From: Thermodesulfobacteriota bacterium | Lineage (GTDB): Bacteria; Desulfobacterota; Binatia; Bin18 | NCBI GenBank assembly: GCA_964291405.2 | Contig: OZ219926.1 | Coordinates: forward strand, 1,333,825-1,397,824 | Direction of reading: 5' to 3' | Length of the DNA: 64,000 bases | Part shown: positions 57,503 to 64,000 of the stretch, one piece after another | Position numbering within the stretch: the first letter of the stretch is position 1 | How the letters are laid out: each line of letters begins with the position of its first letter | Translations under genes and position numbers: made by a program | The notes under the pieces: model-generated | Told to the model about the DNA's origin: nothing | Database searches by the model: none | Seen by the model: only the letters and a program-made list of their open reading frames with translations

Positions 57503-57985
57503 ATGGCCCAGCCCGCATATGAGGTAATCGACACGATTGGAAATCTGAGCCCTGCAGAAAACAAGGCCCGTTATCGCAAGCTTTACATCGAAGAACTGTG
57601 GAACGCCGGCAATACGGATATTGTCGATGAAATCATTCATGACGAGGTGGCCTACCATCAGCCGAGCTTCGAGGGGGACACCCGCAAGGCGGATCTGCCG
57701 GGCATTATCCAGGCATTTCACAAGGCCTTTCCGGCAGGCAATTTCACCTTCACGATCGAAGAGCTCGTGGCGGAGGACGACTGGGTGTGCGCCTGGCTTT
57801 CGTTCGTGGGTAATCAGAAAGATGAGTTTTGCGGAGTGCCTTCGACCGGCAAAACCCTGAAATTCACCGTTCTCGGCTTTTACCGATTCAAGGAAGGCAA
57901 GGTTATCGAATGCCGCAAGCACAACGTCGGCGACAATATCGACTTCGTCACCGCGATGGGAATTAGGGGGCAGCTCGGCAGCTAA
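57503..57985 (+). CDS. SnoaL-like ester cyclase family protein
   Basis: 160 aa, with YRKLYIEELWNAGNTDIVDEIIHDEVAYH and a GGAGGAG RBS. Confidence 0.75.
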   Translation: MAQPAYEVIDTIGNLSPAENKARYRKLYIEELWNAGNTDIVDEIIHDEVAYHQPSFEGDTRKADLPGIIQAFHKAFPAGNFTFTIEELVAEDDWVCAWLSFVGNQKDEFCGVPSTGKTLKFTVLGFYRFKEGKVIECRKHNVGDNIDFVTAMGIRGQLGS

Positions 57986-58013
57986 TACTGTCGCGCGGCG
58001 ATCGCCTGCGCGT

Positions 58014-58055
58014 GATGGACGATCCGAGCCTAGGGAAATAGGGTCAGACTCGACT
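58014..58055. repeat. dispersed repeat copy C (direct-repeat arm plus a segment matching the left end of copy A)
   Basis: GATGGACGATCCGAGCCT is followed by GGGAAATAGGGTCAGACTCGACT. Compare GGGAAAGTAGAGCCAGACTCGACT at 39791-39814. Confidence 0.55.
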
Positions 58056-58115
58056 TATCTCTCTACAGTTCCTTAACTATCATTACCCGACTCTGCCCCA
58101 ACGCAGATATTCAAC

Positions 58116-58778
58116 TTACGACCTTTCGGTTTTGCCTGCCCGTACGGCCGCTTGCCGTCTCAGAGAAGGCGGGCCTGTCGATAATCGCGCTTCATCCGTG
58201 GGCACGAATGCGCCGCCGACTTTATCCAGCAGAGTCTGGGCGTTCATTTCGATGCCTTCGCCGCCCGCGGCTTTCATCGTAGGAAAGTGTTCGAGCAAAT
58301 TCTCCGCAGCGCCCCGGTAAACGTGCGATGGGTCGCCAGGCCAGGGCGGTAATGCCGCAATTTGTTCTGCATTGAGGTCCTTCAGGAAATGCCGGGCCTG
58401 CGGCTCCATCCGGACAACGTTCGTCAGGCCTTCGAATTCTTTGTACGCGGCCACCTGTGACACGAGAATCCTTTTCTCGTAGAACGGATGGTCGCCGAAC
58501 AGCACCGTCCAGCACGCCTTGCAATAGAAACGGGTGGTATCAGCCGACTCATAATTCATGAATGCGCCCAGTTTCTCTTCGCCCGTCCTGATACGAAAGT
58601 CGTTCGGCAGCCAGCAGCAGTCCGCACAGAGGTTGTGTGGATATTCCGGACCGCCGCGCTTCGTCGCATACCACAGGGCCGAGATACAATCATGGCAACA
58701 ACATTCGTGTCGGAAAAGCTCTTTGTTTGCGGGGAAGTCGATACGAACGGAACCGCATTTGCACTGAATAGTCGCCAT
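58116..58778 (-). CDS. Gfa-like S-(hydroxymethyl)glutathione synthase family protein (long GFA form)
   Basis: It starts at the ATG at 58778 (MATIQCKCGSV). It has the Cys clusters CCCHDC and CKAC plus GDHPFY, as in glutathione-dependent formaldehyde-activating enzyme. Confidence 0.65.
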   Translation of the reverse strand: MATIQCKCGSVRIDFPANKELFRHECCCHDCISALWYATKRGGPEYPHNLCADCCWLPNDFRIRTGEEKLGAFMNYESADTTRFYCKACWTVLFGDHPFYEKRILVSQVAAYKEFEGLTNVVRMEPQARHFLKDLNAEQIAALPPWPGDPSHVYRGAAENLLEHFPTMKAAGGEGIEMNAQTLLDKVGGAFVPTDEARLSTGPPSLRRQAAVRAGKTERS

Positions 58779-58818
58779 GGTTTTTCTCGTGGGTGAGCCT
58801 CTGGATCCAGTCACGAGT

Positions 58819-59016
58819 TTAGACTTGGTGCTTAGCGATCAACTCGCGAATCACGGGGACCAAAGTCGTAGGGACTTCCATAACCGTCTGATCTGGCTCT
58901 TCATAGGCTGCCTCATCTTCTGCGACTGCCTCATCTTCAGATTGCTCCTCATAATGCGCAAGTACGCTTTTCACGCGGTCTTCATCCCAGCCGGGCGGAA
59001 ATTTGTTGTGGCTCAT
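58819..59016 (-). CDS. small acidic hypothetical protein (antitoxin-like)
   Basis: 65 aa, MSHNKFPPGWDEDRVKSVLAHYEEQSEDEAVAEDEAAYEE..., preceded by GGAAGGGGA. The antitoxin idea comes only from its size, its charge and a BrnT-like remnant (RIMVKESQQLF) upstream. Confidence 0.45.
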   Translation of the reverse strand: MSHNKFPPGWDEDRVKSVLAHYEEQSEDEAVAEDEAAYEEPDQTVMEVPTTLVPVIRELIAKHQV

Positions 59017-59170
59017 CGCTTCCCCTTCCGGCGTAATCTCCGCCGAAAAAAGCTGTTGAGATTCTTTTACCATGATCCGCTCATACAAAGCTAACGATGA
59101 GGATGACCGAACAGGAAGTTGATGTATTCGAGCGAAGCGAACCGCACGGACAAGGCCCGCTTCGGCCTGC

Positions 59171-59440
59171 TTACCCACAGACGTTTTGATTGAGATGATC
59201 GCGGAGTGTGTCGCCGGTGTATTCGCGCCGGTGCCGCCCGCGCTTCTGCAAGATGGGGACGACTTCGTCGACAAATTCTTTGAAGTTGTTCGGCATGACT
59301 GTCGGTGTGAGGTTAAAGCCGTCACCACCGGTTTCATCGAGTATGGCTTCCATCTGGTCAGCAACTTGTTCAGGCGTCCCGACAAGCTGCGGGCAGCCAA
59401 TCGTTGCCCCGTAGATTTTCCCGACTTCGCGCATGGTCAG
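59171..59440 (-). pseudogene. C-terminal fragment of a second NtaA/DszA-type LLM monooxygenase
   Basis: The translation LTMREVGKIYGATIGCPQLVGTPEQVADQMEAILDETGGDGFNLTPTVMPNNFKEFVDEVVPILQKRG covers only the family C-terminus. Confidence 0.6.
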
Positions 59441-59459
59441 TTTGTCTTTGCCCAAGTCG

Positions 59460-59700
59460 CCGGCCTTATACGCGGTTGTTGGTCTGACGAAAACGGCTGC
59501 GCTGGAATACGCCAAGGCCGGCATTCGGGTCAATGCCGTGTGTCCCGGGGCGATTGACACGCCCATGATCGCGCGCAGCGCGCAAGCCATCCCCGGTTTT
59601 GATGAACTCGCCGTCGCCATGGAACCTGTTGGCCGTTTTGGCCAGTCGTCGGAAATCGGGGAAGCCGTCGCGTGGCTGTGTTCCGATGCGGCATTGCCGA
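59460..59700 (+). pseudogene. internal fragment of an SDR gene
   Basis: AVVGLTKTAALEYAKAGIRVNAVCPGAIDTPM...GRFGQSSEIGEAVAWLCSDAA lacks the Rossmann N-terminus, and the catalytic YxxxK is incomplete. Confidence 0.55.
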
Positions 59701-59859
59701 CCCAGGAGTTATTCTTTCCGCAACTGCTCGCCAGTCCCGATGTGATCGCCCTCGTCGCTGAGGAAGGGGAGACGCCCCGTGGGAGAGCGGGTAGCAGGAG
59801 AGGGTTGCGCTGTGTTAAAGACAGAACGTGTTAAAGACGGAACATAAGGAGGGGACATA

Positions 59860-61005
59860 ATGGCGATCTATCCGGTGATATCGTCAGATGACCATGTGTT
59901 TGAGCCAGCGGATTTGTGGACGAGTCGGCTCGATAAGCCATTCCGCGATCGCGCACCCCACGTGATTCATCGCGACGAGGATGACACCGACTGGTGGGTA
60001 TGCGACGGCCTCGTGGGCCTCAGCGGCGGGTCAGGTGGTTCACTGTTGGGCAAGCGCTTTGATGAATCGCCCGACAAGCTGAGTTTTGCCGATAAGATCG
60101 AGAATGTCCGGCCCGGGGCGTATCTGCCCGAAGAACGCCTCAAAGATATGGATGCCGACGGCATCGACCTGGCGCTGGTGTATCCCACGCAAGGGCTGCT
60201 GCTGTACAGCGTGCCAGATAGCACCCTCCTCACCGCCTTATGCAAAGCCTACAACGACTGGCTCGTTGAGTTTTGTGGCGGGTCGGCGGGCCGGATCAAA
60301 GGGATCGCGATGTTGGATATCGACGACATTGGGTCGGCGATCCGGGAGATCGAGCGGTGCGCGAAACTGGGTCTCGTCGGGGCGATGATTTCGGTGTATC
60401 CGGCCGAGGAGAACTCATACGATCGACCTGAATACGAGCCGTTCTGGTCGGCGGCGGAAGATTTACGTATGCCGCTCAGCCTCCATATTGTGACCAACCG
60501 GCCGGCCGCGCAGACCGGCCAAGGCGATGGGGCACTCCGGTCACTGGACGGGCCGATTGATTTCGCGGCCCTGGCGAATGCGGATCACTGGGTGCGGATG
60601 TCCTTAGCCCGAATGATTCTGAGTGGGGTCTTTGAACGCCATCCGCGGCTACAAGTCGGCTCGATTGAACAAGAAGTCTCGTGGGCGCCGCACTTCATCG
60701 AACGCCTCGACTACACCTATACGCAGCGCCCCCAAAGTGGCGGGTATCGGTTTGGGGAAGCGATGCTCCCCAGCGATTACTTCCGTCGCAACGTCTTCAT
60801 CAGCTTTCAAGAAGATGCGGTGGGCTTGCGGGAGCGGCAGTTCATTGGGGTGGACAATCTCCTGTGGGGGTCGGACTATCCGCATGCCGAGTCGACGTTT
60901 CCGCGCTCGCAACAGATCCTGACGGAGATCTTGGCCGACTGCACGGAGGAGGAGAAGGCGAAGATCGTGGGTGGGAACACGGCTCGCATTTACAACCTCG
61001 GCTAA
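59860..61005 (+). CDS. amidohydrolase-2 family metal-dependent hydrolase (third paralog)
   Basis: 381 aa, with ISSDDHVFEPADLW and WGSDYPHAES. Confidence 0.8.
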   Translation: MAIYPVISSDDHVFEPADLWTSRLDKPFRDRAPHVIHRDEDDTDWWVCDGLVGLSGGSGGSLLGKRFDESPDKLSFADKIENVRPGAYLPEERLKDMDADGIDLALVYPTQGLLLYSVPDSTLLTALCKAYNDWLVEFCGGSAGRIKGIAMLDIDDIGSAIREIERCAKLGLVGAMISVYPAEENSYDRPEYEPFWSAAEDLRMPLSLHIVTNRPAAQTGQGDGALRSLDGPIDFAALANADHWVRMSLARMILSGVFERHPRLQVGSIEQEVSWAPHFIERLDYTYTQRPQSGGYRFGEAMLPSDYFRRNVFISFQEDAVGLRERQFIGVDNLLWGSDYPHAESTFPRSQQILTEILADCTEEEKAKIVGGNTARIYNLG

Positions 61006-61406
61006 GGGATGATTAACAAAGACCAAGTAAGAGAGCAGGTGGAAGGAATTGTCTTATTTTTCTAAATTCCACAGTCTTTGTGGAAATAAGTCGGCTCTTT
61101 TCATCCACGGTAAGGAAGGAAAGAGACGGTCGTTTTCTTCCGCACCTTTGGAAAATCATAGGATCGTTGGATTTTACCCCGTTGCTGATACTGCTGCCCA
61201 ATTCAAAGAACACCTCATAGACTGTCGTCAAGGCAAGGTTTTACAAGCCTTCTCATGGCAGTTGAAGAATTCGGCAGCAGTATCCGTTGCTACGGCATGC
61301 CCCTCCTTGCCGCTGTGGAGCACGAAGCCAAGGCCCGAGGCGTGGTGAATGCGCACGAACGGGTACGCATCGTTCCAACTCTTCACGCCGCATTTTTTCC
61401 GGCTCT

Positions 61407-61451
61407 GCGGAAGGAGTCCCATGCGTCGAGTCTGACCCCATATACCGCGAG
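61407..61451. repeat. dispersed repeat copy D
   Basis: GCGGAAGGAGTCCCATGCGTCGAGTCTGACCCCATATACCGCGAG is compared with 39868-39912. Confidence 0.5.
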
Positions 61452-61462
61452 TCACGCAAGAC

Positions 61463-62320
61463 TCAGTCCTCCTTTTTGGACATGAAAGCCGCAAAGACAC
61501 CTTCGTAGTCCGGATGCCAGCGCGAGAGCGCCGGGCGGTTCTCGGTCATGTCACCCGCCGCCCACTCAATGCGCCGGTGGTCGATCTCGGGCGTTACATC
61601 ATTGTCTGGACACAGCACGTAAAAGTCGCCACGGTCCATCGCTGCAAGCAAGTAGTCCGCCACCTGCTCGGGCATCCAAGCACCGGGGGGCTTTTCCTGC
61701 GCGAATCGCTTTGTCAATCCTGTGTACGTAAAACCCGGAATCAGGAGGTGCGCTGTGACTCGGCAGCCGTCGATAAGGCGGAGTTGATGGGCAAGGCTCT
61801 CAGTCAAGCTCTTGATACCGGCCTTGGATACATTGTACGCCGCGTCGCCGGGTGGATTGGTGATGCCCTGCTTCGATCCCGTATTGACGATCGCGCAAGG
61901 GGTGCCCTGGTCAATCATTCCCTGGGTGAAGACCTGGAGCCCGTGAATCACGCCCCAGAGGTTCACGCTGAGCGCTCTCCGCCAGCCCTCGTAGTGCTCC
62001 CAGGGGGTGCCGCCACCGCGCGCGCCGGCATTGTTCATCAGCACGGCAACCTCGCCGAACTGATAGAGTACGGTGTCTCGAAGAGCCTGCACGGATTCAA
62101 GGCGAGCTACATCGACTGGGGCTGCCAGGATCGCGTCCGTACCTCGCGCGCTCTGCTTCGCGAGGATGTCGGTCGCGGAGCTGAGCTTCTCCTCGTCCTG
62201 GTCCGCGATACACACGTTCAAGCCCAGCGCTACAAGGCGCTCAGCCGTGGCAAAACCAATGCCACTGGCGCCGCCGGTGATCACCGCCGTACGGTTTGGA
62301 GTTAAAGCAGAATGTGTCAT
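61463..62320 (-). CDS. short-chain dehydrogenase/reductase (SDR)
   Basis: The ATG at 62320 follows AAGGAGGA. The sequence contains TAVITGGASGIGFATAERL, NNAG and YNVSK. Confidence 0.85.
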   Translation of the reverse strand: MTHSALTPNRTAVITGGASGIGFATAERLVALGLNVCIADQDEEKLSSATDILAKQSARGTDAILAAPVDVARLESVQALRDTVLYQFGEVAVLMNNAGARGGGTPWEHYEGWRRALSVNLWGVIHGLQVFTQGMIDQGTPCAIVNTGSKQGITNPPGDAAYNVSKAGIKSLTESLAHQLRLIDGCRVTAHLLIPGFTYTGLTKRFAQEKPPGAWMPEQVADYLLAAMDRGDFYVLCPDNDVTPEIDHRRIEWAAGDMTENRPALSRWHPDYEGVFAAFMSKKED

Positions 62321-62410
62321 TCGGGGGATCCTCCTTGGGTTCGGCGAAACACCTTCCTCGCCACCCAACGCCGTGTTAACTCGCGTTAGGTGGCATTGTG
62401 CGAGGAGCGC

Positions 62411-62743
62411 CTACTCAGTAGGAAGTACGAAACCCATATCCCGCTTCCCACTAGCATCATAGATCTCTGCCGAGTAGCTCGTAATGTCGCCACGTATATT
62501 CGACTCGCTCAATGCTGCCACAAGACTATCCATGTAGGGATACGTGAAATGCTTGTCTAGATACTCTTGGCTATCCCAGACTTCGAATATTGTGGCACGG
62601 TTTGGGGCCGTAACATCGATTACCCAATCATAAATTTGAGCGTCTGGTTCTTTTCTTGAGTTTTCAATCGCGGTTGTAACGGTTTCTTTGATGCAATCAA
62701 ATCCTCCCGGCACGTACTCGAACACGACTGCAACGATTGACAT
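62411..62743 (-). CDS. ABM/Dabb-like small monooxygenase-fold protein
   Basis: The ATG at 62743 follows GGAGGA. It encodes 110 aa, with ATIFEVWDSQEYLDKHF typical of antibiotic-biosynthesis-monooxygenase-like domains. Confidence 0.5.
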   Translation of the reverse strand: MSIVAVVFEYVPGGFDCIKETVTTAIENSRKEPDAQIYDWVIDVTAPNRATIFEVWDSQEYLDKHFTYPYMDSLVAALSESNIRGDITSYSAEIYDASGKRDMGFVLPTE

Positions 62744-62824
62744 GCAGTTCCTCCAGGTAAGGCCGGGCAGGGCCAGTTTGTAGGGTGATGGAGGAACCGG
62801 GGTTAGGGAAGTCGCGGCTGTTCC

Positions 62825-63556
62825 ATGAATTTGTCGAGGCGTGTTGCCATACACCCTCAGGCGCGTTATGAACCCAGCGTAGAAATCGCAGTGGTACGAC
62901 CTAAAAAAACAGCAAACTCACCTGACTACCGGGCCATCATCTGCGCCGTCGGCCAAGCCTTGTTCGCTGAGCGCGGTTTTGCCGGCACGACTATCCGCGA
63001 GATTGCCAAACAGGCGGGTGTCAATTCAGGCCTGCTGTACCACTATTACTCCAACAAAGAAACGCTGTATCTGTCGCTGCTGGAAACGGCCGTCAGCGAA
63101 ATCGTCGTGCAAGTCGAAAACATTGCCACCGGTCCGGGCACCCCGGAGGAAAAAATCCACCAGATTGTCCAGGCGTGGCTCGCATACTACCAGGCCCATC
63201 CACAGAGTTTTCTCCTCATCCAGCGAGCAGTCAATGAACACAGTCCTGCAGCGCAAGCCCTAGCCCAACATTGGTTTTCGCGTTGCTTCACCGCCATTGA
63301 CGCCATCACCACCGAAGGCGTCCAACACGGGCTTTTCAGACCGCTGCCGCCCGCCCTCTTGTCATTTGCCATTGAGGGGCTCCTAGAGCATGCCGTGCAC
63401 ATCCATAAGCTCATAGGGGGCATTAGCCCGGATCTGTCTGGTGCCTCCCTACTGGACGAACTGGCAAATCTGGTCCTCACCCTATTGCGGGCCGATACCC
63501 CCAAGCGAAGCGTTCCTGTTCGCCGTGGCAAGAAGCGCCTACCGAGGCCTCGCTGA
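62825..63556 (+). CDS. TetR/AcrR-family transcriptional regulator
   Basis: The HTH is FAERGFAGTTIREIAKQAGVNSGLLYHYYSNKETLY. The true start may be the GTG at 62891. Confidence 0.85.
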   Translation: MNLSRRVAIHPQARYEPSVEIAVVRPKKTANSPDYRAIICAVGQALFAERGFAGTTIREIAKQAGVNSGLLYHYYSNKETLYLSLLETAVSEIVVQVENIATGPGTPEEKIHQIVQAWLAYYQAHPQSFLLIQRAVNEHSPAAQALAQHWFSRCFTAIDAITTEGVQHGLFRPLPPALLSFAIEGLLEHAVHIHKLIGGISPDLSGASLLDELANLVLTLLRADTPKRSVPVRRGKKRLPRPR

Positions 63557-63624
63557 GCTGCTCTTTCAGATCGTCCAGCCCCTCCTCGCCTTACGCCGAT
63601 AGCGGGAGGCTACCAAAACGAGTC

Positions 63625-63653
63625 TTGACTTAACTAATCGATTGATGTATTAT
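63625..63653 (+). promoter_or_regulatory. near-consensus sigma70-type promoter (TTGACT - 17 nt - TATTAT)
   Basis: The -35 is at 63625-63630 and the -10 at 63648-63653. It lies upstream of the CDS starting at 63710. Confidence 0.6.
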
Positions 63654-63676
63654 ATCAGAAATTCATCGATCGATTA
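63635..63676. promoter_or_regulatory. inverted repeat TAATCGATTGATG / CATCGATCGATTA flanking the -10 element (candidate TetR operator)
   Basis: The 13-nt arms at 63635-63647 and 63664-63676 are complementary at 12 of 13 positions. The left arm fills the promoter spacer and abuts the -10, and the right arm lies downstream of it. The site lies just downstream of the TetR gene. Confidence 0.5.
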
Positions 63677-63709
63677 ATTACAAACCCCGGGAAGGAAAAG
63701 GAGAACAGG

Positions 63710-64000
63710 GTGAACGAACAAGAGGTAGATAAAGTTATGGAGCTCGAGCGCGAAGCGTATCGGCTGTACCAGGCCGGAGATGTCGACGGGATGATAGACA
63801 AGATACTGACGGAGAACGCCCGAATATGTCCCCCCGGCTCCGAATCTATTGTCGGGAGAGAAAACCAACGGGTGCTATTCAAGGAACTCGCCCAGATGGA
63901 CGGCTTCGAGCTGTTCTGGGAACCCCTTGAGGCACAGGTGAGCGCGTCTCACGACATGGCATACGTGTATGGAGCGGTCAGATGGAAAATGCCGGGGAGC
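63710..64000 (+). CDS. SnoaL/DUF4440-like NTF2-fold protein, 5' part (runs off the window end)
   Basis: A GTG at 63710 lies 6 nt after AAGGAG. The frame is open to the window end and encodes VNEQEVDKVMELEREAYRLYQAGDVDGMIDKILTENARICPPGSE. It is absent from the ORF track because there is no stop in the window. Confidence 0.6.
   Translation, partial: MNEQEVDKVMELEREAYRLYQAGDVDGMIDKILTENARICPPGSESIVGRENQRVLFKELAQMDGFELFWEPLEAQVSASHDMAYVYGAVRWKMPGS

Noticed and set aside
39791-61451. Integron cassette array or CRISPR array as an explanation for the dispersed repeats
   Set aside because: The copies are irregularly spaced (kilobases apart), partial and differently permuted. No integrase or cas genes are present, and there is no repeat-spacer periodicity.
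61253-61465. Read-through of the TGA stop of the SDR gene 61463..62320 into the in-frame ORF 61253..61459
   Set aside because: The SDR is already full length at the TGA. The extension is Arg/Pro/Gly-rich, overlaps a dispersed repeat copy and resembles no SDR C-terminus.

Overview
I read this window as a moderately GC-rich bacterial chromosomal segment with about 65 protein-coding genes or gene remnants. I found no rRNA, tRNA or CRISPR array. The content is dominated by paralogous redox and hydrolytic enzymes. These include three type-I Baeyer-Villiger monooxygenases (two in tandem), several luciferase-like (LLM) oxidoreductases, three amidohydrolase-2 proteins, two epoxide hydrolases, three GSTs and three GFA-family proteins. 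There are also two CmcJ/NvfI-like proteins plus SDRs, cupins, SnoaL/NTF2-like proteins, RidA proteins and a type III CoA-transferase. This paralog-rich repertoire fits a bacterium specialised in oxidising recalcitrant organics, perhaps a SAR202-like Chloroflexota, but that is inference only.

The main result is three in-frame TGA codons that split otherwise continuous genes. Each sits where the protein family carries a redox Cys, and each is followed within about 10-20 nt by a GC-rich hairpin with a G-rich loop. The genes are an AhpD/CMD-family gene (C-F-Y-U-x-x-x-H), a SAM-dependent methyltransferase (C-M-H-U) and a GrdB/PrdB-family gene (U-P-L-C). I interpret these as three selenoprotein genes that ORF callers break apart. 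The GrdB-like gene sits between two LLM oxidoreductase genes with no grdA/C/D/E partners, and it is my best candidate for an undescribed reductive module.

Other observations:
- A palindromic AGATATATCT-GGCAAC box lies upstream of all three BVMO genes.
- An insertion-riddled partial duplicate of a tauD-like gene lies next to the intact copy.
- One gene encodes a fused double EctC-like protein.
- A four-domain rhodanese gene faces a DUF1326/DUF2182 pair.
- There is one intact and one decayed higBA module.
- Three genes carry apparent single-site frameshifts.
- Several truncated gene fragments and a small dispersed repeat family are present.

All family assignments come from motif recognition by eye. 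No database search was possible.
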